Shown here: in pieces, positions 1 through 11,000 of the stretch
How the letters are laid out: each line of letters begins with the position of its first letter
Numbering within the stretch: the stretch's first letter is position 1
Source: Candidatus Marinacidobacterium sp.
GTDB taxonomy: Bacteria > Acidobacteriota > Vicinamibacteria > Marinacidobacterales > Marinacidobacteraceae
Assembly (NCBI GenBank): GCA_965204755.1
Contig: OZ242011.1
Span: forward strand, 2,592,001-2,656,000
DNA: 64,000 nt
Reading direction: 5' to 3'
Notes under the pieces: generated by a model
Databases searched by the model: none
What the model saw: only the letters and a program-made list of their open reading frames with translations
Told to the model about the DNA's origin: nothing
Translations under genes and position numbers: made by a program

Positions 1-165
1 CGTCAACATGGCGTCGCAGTACAGCCCGCGGTGTTTTCCGGACGCGAGCAGGAGGAGGCGCAGGTGGCAGTTCGGGTCCTCCGGAACGCCGCGGCGCAAC
101 CACCGCGACCCCGCGCCCACGATCTCGTTCGTGTCCAGCACGCAGCGCAGGCGAGACCGGTTCAT
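1..165 (-). CDS. PIN-domain (VapC-like) protein, 5' part only; runs off the window edge
   Basis: Manual translation from ATG at 165 gives MNRSRLRCVLDTNEIVGAGSRW...; VLDTN is the typical PIN N-terminal motif. ATGA overlap with the stop of the res gene. Confidence 0.7.
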   Translation of the reverse strand, partial: MNRSRLRCVLDTNEIVGAGSRWLRRGVPEDPNCHLRLLLLASGKHRGLYCDAMLT

Positions 166-3100
166 GGCCGATCGCCGGTTTCGTAGGGCTCGTCGAACAA
201 GTCGTGCAGGGCCCGGACGAAGTCCTCCCTCGTCCAGCCGGCCGCCTTGAGGCGCTCCGCCCTCGCGACCGCCCGCTTCACCATCGCTTCCGCTTCCGCG
301 CGCGCCCGCTTCTTCCGCGCGGCCACGAGTTCCCGGATCTGCGCATCCAACGCATGGGGATCCCGGCACACGAGGAAGTCCCATCGACCGAGGCGCCGCC
401 AGCGGTTCACCGCGCGCACCCAGCGTTTCGCCGCTTCGTGTTTCGCCGCCGTTTCGGGACGGTCGAGCCCCTTGACCTCGATGATGAGCCGCGCGCCGTC
501 CTCCAGGCAGGCGATGAAGTCCGGTTCGTAACCCCGGTCGTTGCCGTGGAACGAATAGGGGATCGAGAACTCCAGCCGCTCGTTGCGCGCGTAACTCGTC
601 ACGACGCCGTCCCGCGCCAACTCTTCGAGTTTCCCGGCGGCGACCTGCTCCCAGCGCGCCGTGTCGCAGGCCACATAGTTCACATGGCTGGCCGTCGTCG
701 CCACCACCGGCTTCACCGTCTTGAAGCGCACGCTGCCGGTGCCCCCGCTCCGCCGGTACGCGTTCAGCCGCGGCAGTTCCGCCGGTTCGCCGGCGGCGTC
801 GGCGGGCGCGATGGCGTCGGTGAGCAGCCCGACGATCCGCTGCCGGTAGATCTCCATCTCGACTTCCCGCAGGTCGAACCCGTTCAGGGTCACCCGGTCC
901 CGGAGGTAGGCGCGGACGATCCCGAGCACCTGGGGGAAGAGCGTCTGCCGGGATTCCCGGCGCAGCGATCCGGGTTTGCCCCCGCTCCCCTCGGTCAACT
1001 CGCGCACGACATCCCCCGCGATCCGGAACGCGATGCTCTGCGGATGGACGCCCTCGTGGAACGGCGAGCGGTCCACTTCCTTCGCCACGAGGTCGGCGTA
1101 CTCGCCCGGCGATCCGGTCTTGAAACCCGCCTGCGCCGCCACCGTCGTCGTCGTCGGCGTTTCCTCCCGCCGGAGCACCGTCTTCTCGACGGAGGCGACC
1201 TCGCAGCGGATGCGGTTCCGGGCGGGAACGGTCACATACCCCTCGACGACCGGGAAGCGGATCTCGAGATGGCGCCGCTCCGGGAGCGCGGTGACCACAT
1301 GCTGCGGCCGGTCGTTCGCCTCCTTCTTCCCCGGGGGCCGCCCCTTGAACGGGATCAGCGAGAACGGGACGCCGAAGACATCCACATACTCCGGCGTGAG
1401 CAGTCCGGTGTCCGGGTCGGGCACATAGTCCATCCGGCGGAGGCCCCGCCCGACCACCTGTTCGCACAGCAGTTGGCTGTGGAAGGCGCGGAGTCCGAGG
1501 ATGTGGGTCACATTGTTGGCGTCCCAGCCCTCGCTGAGCATGTTCACGCTCACCACGCAGCGGATGCGCTCTCCCGGCATACCCGGTTTGCCGACGGTGG
1601 ACACCGCGCGGCGCAGGTCTTCCGCCGCTTCCTTCCGGTTCGACTTCGCGTCGCCGCTCTCGGCTTCGGCGAGCAGTCCGGAATCGATGCGCAGCGTCAC
1701 TTCGGCGCCTTCCCGGTTCCAGAACTGTTCGAAGCCGCTCAACCCGGCGCCGTAGCGCTTGACCTTCTTCGCTTTCCCGGTTTTGCCGGACTGCTTGCCG
1801 GACTGCTTGCCGTTCGCGCCGCGGCCGCCGTCCGCCGGGTCTTCCGCCTCGGCCATCGTTTCGCCGGAGATGCGCGCGTGGAAATGGCGGGCGATCGCGG
1901 TGTTGTCGCAGACCACGATCAACGCCGGCGGCGTCCGGTCCCGGCCCGGTTCGGCCTCGTTCACCTGGTCGAACCGCTCCTTCCACTGGCCGGCCAGCGT
2001 GAGCAGCGCGTCTTCCGCCGACCGATAGACCGCCTCCGGTTTGGGTTTCCCGCCGGGGAGCCGGTCGCCGGGGCCGAGCGAGTCGAGGACTCTCTGCCAG
2101 AGGCGGAAGTACTTCGGGTCGGGCTGTCCGCTGTCGTCGCGCGCCGGCAGGCGGGGGATCTTCGTGATGCCGGACTCGATGGCGTCCACCAAACCGAAGT
2201 CGCTCACGATCCAGGGGAACGGCGAACCCTCCGGGTATCCGCTGCCGGAGATGTAGAAGGGCGTCGCGGAAAGGTCCACGGCGAGCCGGATGCCGCAGGC
2301 GGCGTGGATCAGGTCGAGCCCTTCGACCCATACGGTCGCGGTCCGCCGTTCGTCCCGCTCCGACTCGGTGAGCCCTTCGACATTCGCCGGCGCCGGGCGG
2401 TAGGCGTGGTGGCCTTCGTCGTTCAGCACCATCAGCGGCTCGTCGTCCCAGAGATCGCCCAGCCGGGCGCGGGCGAACGCCTCCGGCGTTTCCTCCCCGA
2501 GGTCGCCGACCTTCGCGCCGCCGACGCGGATCTCCGGGGATTCCCGCGTCAGCAGGTGCCAGTTCGAGACGAGCACCTTGCCCTTCGCCAGTTCCGGCCG
2601 CAGGCCGGGGGGAACGAGGTCGAACGCTTCGTAGTAGTTGCCCGGCGCTCCCGGCCGCAGCACCGAGAGGCGCTCCCGGATGGTCAGGTTCGGACAGACG
2701 ACGAAGACGCGGCGCGGGTATCGGGGGTCTCCGGGTTTCGTGCCCCGGTTGCAGAACGCCCAGGCGACGAGCATCGCCATGACCACGGTCTTCCCGCTGC
2801 CCGTCGCCATCTTGCAGGCGACGCGGGGAATCGGCGCGAAACCCGGGAGGTTCGGGAGGTCGGCGAGTTTCGGGTGCTGGGCGACCTGCGCCACCCAGTC
2901 GTCCGGGCGGGGGTTGCGGCCTTCCCGGAGCGCTTCGTACTCGGCGGGCGCCAGCCGGCGTTTCCAGCGCGTCCGTTTGCCCGCCGCGAGGATCTCCTGC
3001 AGGTAGAGGACGGTTTCCACCGCTTCGAGTTGGCAGAAGAAGAGGCGGCGCAGGCGGTCCTTCCTCCACCAGTGGCGGAGCAGCCGTTTGGTGGTTTCGG

Positions 3101-3383
3101 AGGCGTTTTGCCACCCGGACTCCCGCCAGCGCCGCACATCGGAGCGCAGCGCGTTGACGAGCGGCAGGTCGTCCCGGTCTTCGTCGGGGAGCAGCAACTG
3201 CCGCGCGCTGCCGGAGCGGACGGTCTTGAACCAGTAACTCGCCTCCCGGCGCCCGGCGACCTGCGACGGGACGCCGGTGCTGCGGCTGTAGAGCCAGTGC
3301 CGGTCGGGTTCCTCGTAGGGCGAGCAGAGGATCGGCTGCTCGACCGGCTCGACCGGAATCCCGGAGTCTTCGGGCGTCGGCAC
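162..3383 (-). CDS. res: Type III restriction enzyme Res subunit (DEAD-like helicase plus C-terminal PD-(D/E)XK nuclease)
   Basis: KMATGSGKT Walker A, NDEGHH, LSATP, MLSEGWD, EQVVGRGLRR, C-terminal YEPDF...IEVKG; directly downstream of a mod gene. Confidence 0.92.
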   Translation of the reverse strand: MPTPEDSGIPVEPVEQPILCSPYEEPDRHWLYSRSTGVPSQVAGRREASYWFKTVRSGSARQLLLPDEDRDDLPLVNALRSDVRRWRESGWQNASETTKRLLRHWWRKDRLRRLFFCQLEAVETVLYLQEILAAGKRTRWKRRLAPAEYEALREGRNPRPDDWVAQVAQHPKLADLPNLPGFAPIPRVACKMATGSGKTVVMAMLVAWAFCNRGTKPGDPRYPRRVFVVCPNLTIRERLSVLRPGAPGNYYEAFDLVPPGLRPELAKGKVLVSNWHLLTRESPEIRVGGAKVGDLGEETPEAFARARLGDLWDDEPLMVLNDEGHHAYRPAPANVEGLTESERDERRTATVWVEGLDLIHAACGIRLAVDLSATPFYISGSGYPEGSPFPWIVSDFGLVDAIESGITKIPRLPARDDSGQPDPKYFRLWQRVLDSLGPGDRLPGGKPKPEAVYRSAEDALLTLAGQWKERFDQVNEAEPGRDRTPPALIVVCDNTAIARHFHARISGETMAEAEDPADGGRGANGKQSGKQSGKTGKAKKVKRYGAGLSGFEQFWNREGAEVTLRIDSGLLAEAESGDAKSNRKEAAEDLRRAVSTVGKPGMPGERIRCVVSVNMLSEGWDANNVTHILGLRAFHSQLLCEQVVGRGLRRMDYVPDPDTGLLTPEYVDVFGVPFSLIPFKGRPPGKKEANDRPQHVVTALPERRHLEIRFPVVEGYVTVPARNRIRCEVASVEKTVLRREETPTTTTVAAQAGFKTGSPGEYADLVAKEVDRSPFHEGVHPQSIAFRIAGDVVRELTEGSGGKPGSLRRESRQTLFPQVLGIVRAYLRDRVTLNGFDLREVEMEIYRQRIVGLLTDAIAPADAAGEPAELPRLNAYRRSGGTGSVRFKTVKPVVATTASHVNYVACDTARWEQVAAGKLEELARDGVVTSYARNERLEFSIPYSFHGNDRGYEPDFIACLEDGARLIIEVKGLDRPETAAKHEAAKRWVRAVNRWRRLGRWDFLVCRDPHALDAQIRELVAARKKRARAEAEAMVKRAVARAERLKAAGWTREDFVRALHDLFDEPYETGDRP

Positions 3384-3387
3384 GGGG

Positions 3388-6300
3388 TTACGCCGGGCCC
3401 GCCGCCGTCCCGTCCGACGAATCTCCCGAAGCGCTTGCCGTGGTCTCCGCCGGCGGATCCTCCAGGGTCAGTACGCGCAAACCCTCGACGCCGCGCGGGT
3501 CGATCACCTTCACGGCGACGCGCCAGGCCCCGCCCGGGCCCAGGCGCTCCGGGCGGCGGAACGGCAGGCTCTCGAAACCGGTGAGCGCCTCGAAGGCGCC
3601 CCGCTCCACGAGGCCGAGGCCGCCGAGCGCGCGGGCGAGTTGCCGCCACTTCGACCGGTCGGGGAAGAAGGCCTGGCAGATGCAGAAAGCGCGGCCGTCG
3701 TAGTCGGTATCCACGAACCAGGCGGCGACCCGGTCCCGGTTCGTCGCGTGGACTTCGTGGTTCACCGGGTCATAGACATCCATACCTTCCATCTCGACCG
3801 TGTACTCCCCGTCGGCGGCCCGGAGGGGGCCGGCCACCCGGGGCGCGGCGAAGACCGTGAAGATCTGGCTCCCCGGCTGCGTCTTCAGCAACTCCTCCAT
3901 CGCCACATCGGGGTTGATGAGCGCGGCGTGCGCGGTGAGGTTCGGGTGCTCGCCGCCTTCGATCGCCTCCTGCGCGGCGGCGTCGAAACCGAAACCGGCG
4001 AACACCACCTCGTCGTAACCGGCCAAGTTCGCGTCGCGCATCGCGCGTTCGACCTGCAGCGAAGTCAGGTTGCCGAACTCCGGCCCCACGCTGACGGCGA
4101 CCCGGCGGTCTTCCCGGCCGTCTTCCCGGCCGTCTTCCCGGCCGTCTTCCCGGCCGTCTTCCCGGCCGCCGTCTTCCCGGCCGTCTTCCCGGCCGTCTTC
4201 CCGGCCGCCGTCCTCCCATTCCCCTTCGGCGTGGACGAGCGCGCCGCTCGCCGCTTCGAGACGGCGGAACCGCATCGTCCCGTTCCCCGGGAAGTCCACG
4301 CCGCTCGCCCGGAGGAGGCGAATGACCTTGGCGATGTGCGCCTCGCCGTTCCGCGCCGCGAGGTCGCTTCGCTCCTCGTCCCTGGCGGGGAAGGCGTCGA
4401 GTTCGTCCGGCGCCCCGCCGATCGGCGAATCCACCGGGGTGTCCGGCCCGTCCTCGACGGCGATGACGCCTTCGACGCTGAACGGCCCCGCGACCCGCAC
4501 CGCTCCCTTCTCGACTTCGGGCCGGTCCACCAGTTCCTCGGACTCGGCGTTCGCCGCGATGCAGGCGTTCACTTCGTCCATCTTCGCCCGCCAGGCCTTC
4601 CGGTACGCGGCGAGCGCGTCCCGGAGCGCCGCCGGGTAGTCCGGGTCGGCGTCGAAGGGGACCTCCCACTCCCGCCACGGCCCCGGAGGGATGCGTTCCC
4701 GGTACTTCTTCAACTGCGCCGCGGTGAGCGCCTTCGACCCCCGCCGCGCCGGTTCGGGCCGCGCGCCGGCGAGCGACGCGCCGGGCAGCAGCCAGCGGCG
4801 CAGGTCGCCGTCGGTCACGGCGCGCGTCCCTTCCGCCCGGTGCTTCGCGATGAGTTTCGCCGCGAGTGCGGCTTTCAGCGGCTCGGAAACCTCTTCCAGC
4901 GCGTCGTTCAGTCCCGCGAGCGCTTTCGCCAGGATCGGTTCGTGTTTGGCGAAGACGGGATCGAGGGAGTCGTTCCGGGCGATGCTGCCGAGCGTGATGT
5001 GGGGCGCGGTGCGGCAAGCCAGCGTCCGGGGTTCCCCGGTGGGGCGCCCCTCTTCGTCGTGGCCCGAGAGCCAGGGCCCGTCCGGGTTGCGCCGCCGGTC
5101 CGCGCCGGTCGGTTCGCGCAGCCGGTAGTACTCGAACTTCGCCGTCATCAGGCGGTGCTTGGCCAGCGTCAGCGCCACGCGGCTGGTATCCATCGCGATC
5201 CAGCGCCGCCCCCACTGTTCCGCCACGAACGCCGTCGTCCCGCTGCCGCAGGTCGGGTCGAGGACCAGGTCGCCCGGATCGGTGGTCATCAGCAGGCAGC
5301 GCTCCACGACCTTCGTCGCCGTCTGGACGGCGAATATCTTGCCGGTCGCCCCCTGCGTGTCGCTCCACTGGTTCGTGATCTCCATCACCGGGTAGTCGGT
5401 GGACCGAAACACATATCGCGGCACCGTCTTCTGCCAGCGAACCCGACCCGAGGCGAGCAATCGCCGCATACCCTGCGGATTGGTCTTCCAACTCGTCGTG
5501 GGGTTCGGGAACGCCGGGCGGCCGTCCAGCGTGAACTCGAAGTGGCACGACGGCGTGTAACCGGTCGCCATCAAGTCGATCATGCTGAAGAACTCGGCGC
5601 GATCCGGTCGCTCCGACAGGTCGCCGGCCTTCACGACATCCCCGTTCGGCAACAGGGCCTGGGAAAACTGCGTGCCCGCGCCCTCCTGACGAGGCAGGAA
5701 GAGGCGGCGGAACTTCACGCGCTCCCGATCCTTCGCGTACCAGAGGAGGTAGTCGGCGATGTTGGGCAGGTGGGCCGCGTTCAACGCGATCTTCGTCCGG
5801 AAGGAGATGAGCGACATGCAGTTCGCCGGCCCGAACACTTCATCGAGCAGGTTGCGAACCAGGTGGACATGCTCGTCGCTGATCTGCACGAAGACGCTCC
5901 CCGTATCGGCCAACAACTCCCGCGCCATCGCCAGCCGGTCTCGGAGGTATCCCAGGTACGAATGCACCCCCAGCGTCCAGGTGTCCCGATACGCCTTCAC
6001 GGTTTCCGGCTCCCGCGTCAAGTCCTGTTCGCGGTCCTTGACATCCGAATGCGTGAGATTCGGCTGGAAGTTCGAGCGGTAGTTGATGCCGTACGGCGGG
6101 TCGAGGAAGATCGTCTGCACCCGCCCGGCCAGGTCCTCCCGCCGCGCCAGACTCGCCATCACCTGGAGCGAGTCCCCGAGGATCAGCCGGTTCGTCCAGT
6201 CCACCTCGTGGCGGTAGAACTGGACGGCCTTCGCATACTCCAACTCCGGGTCGCCGAACAGCCCGCGACTCGCTTCCTTCCGCCGCAGCGCCCGCAACAT

Positions 6301-6681
6301 CGCCTGGACGGAAACCCGCTCGTGCATGTGGAGCGCGACCGGATCCACCTCGAACCACGGCCGCTCCCGCTTCCCGGCCCACTCCAGCCACGGCTCGCGC
6401 CGCCGCAGCGCCTCGGCGAGTTCCCGCGCTTCCTCCCCGGTCAGCGCCCGCTCCCGCGCCTCCCGGAGGAGCGGCGGCAGCGAGTCCTCCCCCTTCGCGT
6501 CCGGCGCCGACCGCAGCGCCGGCGGCAAGTGCGGGTTGAACTCGTACCGATGCGGCGCCTCCTCCCGAACCTTCCCGTGCGACTCGATCCCCGCCGGCGG
6601 CAGGTTCTTCCGCTTCGCCCGATGCGTCAACGCCCCCACCCCCTCGCCCCCCCGCACCCTCGGGGACGCCTTCGCCGCCAC
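3388..6681 (-). CDS. mod: Type III R-M DNA methyltransferase Mod subunit (N6/N4)
   Basis: NRLILGDSL, DPPY catalytic motif, VLDPTCGSGTT SAM-binding motif, C-terminal VAVKVIDPRG; 4 nt upstream of res. Confidence 0.92.
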   Translation of the reverse strand: MAAKASPRVRGGEGVGALTHRAKRKNLPPAGIESHGKVREEAPHRYEFNPHLPPALRSAPDAKGEDSLPPLLREARERALTGEEARELAEALRRREPWLEWAGKRERPWFEVDPVALHMHERVSVQAMLRALRRKEASRGLFGDPELEYAKAVQFYRHEVDWTNRLILGDSLQVMASLARREDLAGRVQTIFLDPPYGINYRSNFQPNLTHSDVKDREQDLTREPETVKAYRDTWTLGVHSYLGYLRDRLAMARELLADTGSVFVQISDEHVHLVRNLLDEVFGPANCMSLISFRTKIALNAAHLPNIADYLLWYAKDRERVKFRRLFLPRQEGAGTQFSQALLPNGDVVKAGDLSERPDRAEFFSMIDLMATGYTPSCHFEFTLDGRPAFPNPTTSWKTNPQGMRRLLASGRVRWQKTVPRYVFRSTDYPVMEITNQWSDTQGATGKIFAVQTATKVVERCLLMTTDPGDLVLDPTCGSGTTAFVAEQWGRRWIAMDTSRVALTLAKHRLMTAKFEYYRLREPTGADRRRNPDGPWLSGHDEEGRPTGEPRTLACRTAPHITLGSIARNDSLDPVFAKHEPILAKALAGLNDALEEVSEPLKAALAAKLIAKHRAEGTRAVTDGDLRRWLLPGASLAGARPEPARRGSKALTAAQLKKYRERIPPGPWREWEVPFDADPDYPAALRDALAAYRKAWRAKMDEVNACIAANAESEELVDRPEVEKGAVRVAGPFSVEGVIAVEDGPDTPVDSPIGGAPDELDAFPARDEERSDLAARNGEAHIAKVIRLLRASGVDFPGNGTMRFRRLEAASGALVHAEGEWEDGGREDGREDGREDGGREDGREDGREDGREDGREDRRVAVSVGPEFGNLTSLQVERAMRDANLAGYDEVVFAGFGFDAAAQEAIEGGEHPNLTAHAALINPDVAMEELLKTQPGSQIFTVFAAPRVAGPLRAADGEYTVEMEGMDVYDPVNHEVHATNRDRVAAWFVDTDYDGRAFCICQAFFPDRSKWRQLARALGGLGLVERGAFEALTGFESLPFRRPERLGPGGAWRVAVKVIDPRGVEGLRVLTLEDPPAETTASASGDSSDGTAAGPA
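4108..4216. repeat. 12-bp tandem repeat (GTCTTCCCGGCC)n encoding REDG repeats within Mod
   Basis: About 8 near-identical in-frame units with occasional 3-bp insertions; protein reads EDGGREDGREDGREDGGREDG... Confidence 0.9.
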
Positions 6682-6689
6682 GACCCCGA

Positions 6690-6772
6690 ATCTTACCCGT
6701 CGCCCGGCCCCGGACCGACCGGCGCGAGCGGCGCATTACGAAAACCAGAGCGAGCGCGAAAAGCGTTATCGT
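6690..6772. promoter_or_regulatory. Divergent probable leaderless promoters for mod (TAAGAT, - strand 6695-6690) and the AAA-DUF4143 gene (TATCGT, + strand 6767-6772)
   Basis: TAnnnT hexamers 8 nt upstream of each start codon, with no Shine-Dalgarno sequence. Confidence 0.5.
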
Positions 6773-6780
6773 TCCGGCGG

Positions 6781-8037
6781 ATGCCCTCCTTCCAGCGCCG
6801 CCAGGTCGGCGTCCTCGTCGAGCGGCTGGCGGAGGAGCCGCGCCATATCCAGGCGGTCGTCGGCCCCCGGCAGACCGGGAAGACCGTCATCCTCCGGCAG
6901 GCGCTCGACCGCTGCGGCCTCCCCTTCCGGCTGGTCGCGGTGGACGAGCCCGACCCGGGCTCCGGGGAGGACATCCGGAGCGGGCGCCGCCGGAGCCCGT
7001 CCCGCGCGCCCTCCCCCGCCCGGGACGCGGACTGGCTCATCCGGATCTGGGAGTGGGCGCGGCTCCGGGCGGCGCGGTTCCCGGAGGGTTTCGTGTTGGC
7101 GTTCGACGAGATCCAGCGGGTCCCGCGCTGGTCGGATGTGGTCAAGGGGCTTTGGGACCGGGACCGGGCGGAGGAGCGGCCGCTTCGCGTGGTGATCTCC
7201 GGGTCGTCGCCGCTCACGATGCAGGAGGACATCGGCGAAAGTTTGGTGGGGCGATTCGAGGAGATCTCCACGGCGCCCTGGGCGTTTCCCGAGATGGAGG
7301 CGGCGTTCGGTTTGGGAATCGAGCAGTTCGTGTTCTACGGGGGGTACCCCGGCGCGGCGAGTTTCGTCGGCGACTTCGACCGCTGGCGCGCCTACATCAC
7401 GCGAGCCGTCGGGGCCGCGGCGGTGGAGCGGGATCTCCTCGGCCGGATCCGGGTGGACCTCCCGGCGCTCCTGACGCTCGTGTTCCGGATCGCGTGCAGT
7501 TTCTCCGGGCAGATCGTCTCCTACCAGAAGATGATCGGGGAGTTGCGGCACCGGGGAAACCCCGCCACGCTGGCGCGCTACCTCGACCTGCTCGAGCGCG
7601 TAGGACTCGTGGCGGCGGTCTCCCGCTACAAGGGGCCGATGTCCCTCGCGCCGTCGAGTCCCAAACTCCAGGTGCTCGACACCTCGCTGATGGCGGTCCA
7701 TACCGGCCGCCGGTTCGAAGACGCCCTCGCGGATCGGACTTTCTGGGGCAGGCTCGTCGAGAGCGCGGTCGGGGCGCACCTGCTGAACACCCGCGACATC
7801 GGCGAGCGCGTTTACTACTGGCGGGACGGCGAGGACGAAGTGGACTTCGTCGTCGAACGCGGGCCCTTCCTGGCCGCCGTCGAAGTCAAGACCGGGCGGA
7901 GCGGACACCGGCATCGGGGCCTCCTTGCCTTCTCGAAGCGTTTTCCGCGCGCTCGCGCGGTTCTCGTGGGGCCCGGCGAGACGCCGCTTTCTGACTTCCT
8001 TTCCGTGCCGGCCGGGTATTGGGTGGCGTCGGAATGA
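6781..8037 (+). CDS. AAA_14 ATPase with DUF4143 C-terminal domain
   Basis: GPRQTGKT, FDEIQ, ISGSS, GGYPG, ESAVGAHL, YWR..EDEVDFV..AVEVK. True start taken as ATG 6781; the upstream part of ORF 3640..8037 is the antisense shadow of mod. Confidence 0.88.
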   Translation: MPSFQRRQVGVLVERLAEEPRHIQAVVGPRQTGKTVILRQALDRCGLPFRLVAVDEPDPGSGEDIRSGRRRSPSRAPSPARDADWLIRIWEWARLRAARFPEGFVLAFDEIQRVPRWSDVVKGLWDRDRAEERPLRVVISGSSPLTMQEDIGESLVGRFEEISTAPWAFPEMEAAFGLGIEQFVFYGGYPGAASFVGDFDRWRAYITRAVGAAAVERDLLGRIRVDLPALLTLVFRIACSFSGQIVSYQKMIGELRHRGNPATLARYLDLLERVGLVAAVSRYKGPMSLAPSSPKLQVLDTSLMAVHTGRRFEDALADRTFWGRLVESAVGAHLLNTRDIGERVYYWRDGEDEVDFVVERGPFLAAVEVKTGRSGHRHRGLLAFSKRFPRARAVLVGPGETPLSDFLSVPAGYWVASE

Positions 8038-11000
8038 AGTTTCGTCTCCCCCGCACGGTTACCGAAGTCGGGAACGAGCGGGCGGTCTCCCGGCCGCTGG
8101 CTGATTTCCGAGGCGAAGCCGCGCTCGTCCTCATCGGCGATCCCGGCGCCGGCAAGACGACGGAGTTCGAGCGGGAGGCCGAGACTCTCGGTCCCGACGC
8201 CGTGTACTTGGCGGCCTACGAATTCGAGCGATTCTCCGAGGATGCGCGCCGGGAGACGCGGACGCTCTTCGTAGATGGACTCGACGAGATGCGGGCCGGG
8301 CCGGGCGACCCCCGCCGGCCGCTGGACGCGATGGTGGCCGGACTCGCGCGGCTCGGCTTTCCGCCGTTCCGGGTGTCCTGCCGGGCGGTGGACTGGTTCG
8401 GACGCATCGACCGCGCTCGGCTGGAATCCGTTTCTTCGACTGCCCTGACCGTCGTTCGGCTGGACGCGCTTTCCGACGAGGACATCGAGCGTTTGCTCCG
8501 GGAACACCTGCCGCCGGAGAAAGCGGGCCGCTTCCGGCGGAAGGCCCGCGAGATCGGTCTCTTCGAGATGCTGCGGAATCCGCAGGGGCTCGAAGTCCTC
8601 GTTCGCGCTTTCGCGTCGGGCGAGGACGAATGGCCGGTAAGCCGGCGGGAAGCGTTCGAACGGGCCTGCCGCCAACTGGCGGAAGAGCGGAACGACGAGC
8701 ACTCGGAGGCCGCGGAATCCCCGCCGACAGTGGACCGCCTGCTCGATGCCGCCGGCGAGTGGAACGCTCGCCTCCTGCTCGGCGGCGCCGCCGGTTGCGT
8801 CCGCCGCCGTCAGGACGCCGATGCGAACTGGGTGGCGCCGCCCGCCGAGGCGGAACCGGCGAGTCGGGCGGTTCTCGGGACGCGGTTGTTCGCCGCCGCG
8901 CCGGAGGAAGGACGATTCGTTCCGGCGCACCGTCAGGTCGCCGAGTTCCTCGCCGGTCGGTATCTTGCTCGCCGGGTCGAGGAGGGCGGGAACGACGCCC
9001 CGAAACTGCCTGTTGGCCGCGTGCTCTCCTGGATCACCGCCGCGGCGGGCGGCGCCGCGCCCACGCCGCTCCGCGGTCTGGCGGGCTGGTTCGCCGCGTT
9101 CTGTCCCGAGGCTCGCGCGGTACTCCTTCGGAGTGATCCGGTGGCGATGGCCGCCTACGGCGACACCGCCGGCTATTCGACGGAAGAAAAGCGTCTGCTG
9201 CTCCGGCGGCTGCGGGACGAACACCCCGAGTTCGGCCCCCACCGCTTCCCGGCGGAGGCCCTTCGTCCGCTCGCGGTTCCTCCGATGGCGGCGAGCCTCC
9301 GGGAAGTCCTCGAATCCCCGGATCGCGGCGACGCCGCGCAGGTCACCGCCGGCATCGCCCTTCGCGCCCTGGCCGTCGGCGAACCGATGCCGGACTTTTC
9401 GGAGTTGCTCCTCGGTATCGTCCGCGAACGCGATCGCTGGAGAGATATCCGACTCTACGCACTCGACGCGTATTTCCCCAACAGTGTCGAGGATCCGAGC
9501 CGCGACCCGTCCCTTCGGCGTCTGCTCGCCGACCTTCGGGACGGTTCCGTCCCCGACGGAGAACGGGAACTGCTGGGAACACTGCTCGACCGTCTGTTCC
9601 CGGAAGTCATTCCTCCGACGGAACTCTGGGACTACCTGCTGCCGCAGCCGGTCCAACTCGTCGGGCGTTACGACGGTTTCTGGCTGTTCGGCCTGACCGA
9701 CGCCCGCCGCCGGAAGTTCCTGCCGGAAGTGGTGGAGGCGCTTGGGCCGCGGTTGCCCGAGTTGAGGCCGGCGCTGACGGACCGGATCCTCGAAGACCTT
9801 CCCTCCAGACTCGTTGCGCGCTGTCTGGAGGAATACGGGGATGAGACGCCGGTCCCGCGTCTCTACGACTGGCTGCTCCTGGGGATGTCGCATCGCTGGC
9901 GCTACGGCGGAAGTGACGCGGCGCAACGGATCGCCGACTGGCTGGGAACTCATCGCGAAGTGTTGGGCGATCTCTGGCGCGAGGCTTTGGAGCGTTGCCC
10001 GGAGACCGACGAGTTCCCGAGGCGACTTCTGAAAGTCGGCGAGACGCTGGGAGTCGTGGCGCCGCCGGACGACTTCGGGCAGCGGTGTCTCGACTGGGTC
10101 CGCGAGATCGGGGCCGACCGCCCGCGGCTGGCGAAGTGGCTGGTCTCCCAAGCGGTCGAGCGATCCTCGACGGAGGGCATCCCCTTCGAGGACCTCCGGT
10201 CGAAGATCGAGGGCCGCCGCGACTTGGAGGAGTATCTGCCCCGCAAGACGCCGCTTCGTCCCGGATACCTCGTCGAAGACCGGGGTCAGCGGGACTTCGT
10301 CGAGGAGCGGCGGAGGGACGACGCCGCCATCGAAGTCGAGGTCCGCGCGGAATCTGCGGCGCTCCGCGAAAATCGCGGGCGGCCGGGCCTGCTCCATCTT
10401 CTCGCCGGGCAATACCTGTCTTCGCTCGACCCGGCCTTCCGGCTGCTCGGCGACGGCTGGCGCCTCTCCGACCCGGCCCTTCGCCGGGTGGCCGTGGACG
10501 CGCTCGCCCTCACCCCGTCGCGGAAGGATGTCCCGGACGCCGGGGAGATCCTGCGGCTGCACTCGGAAGACCGGCTCCACTACCTGACCCTGCCGTTCCT
10601 CGCCGGTCTCGAAGCCGTCGAGCGAGGAGACGCCGCCGGTTCGGGAGCGCTCGACGAACGGCAGCGGGAATGCTCACTCGCCTTCTACTTCACCGCCCCG
10701 AGTTACCGGGGCGACGCGCCCGACTGGTTCCGAAGACTCGTCCGCGAAGATCCTGAACCCATTGCGCGCCTCCTCGTCCGCTTCGCGAAGTCGGAGATCG
10801 CCGCCGGCAGCGCGGTCATCCCTTATCTCGACTCGCTGCTGCTCGATCCGGCCCACGCCGAAGTCGCCGCGCAGGCAGCGCCCGAACTGCTCAGCGGGTT
10901 TCCGGTGCGCGCCCAGGGGAAACAGGTGGAGGCGCTCGACCTGCTGCTGTGGTCGGCGATCCGCTACGCCGACCGCGACGCCCTGTTGCCGATCATCGCC

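Noticed and set aside
204-6780. Long + strand ORFs (204..3584 and the N-terminal part of 3640..8037)
   Set aside because: Antisense shadows of res and mod caused by high GC3; no motifs. The same applies to 16502..19870, 36931..40338, 60548..63601 and most other overlapping ORFs in the track.
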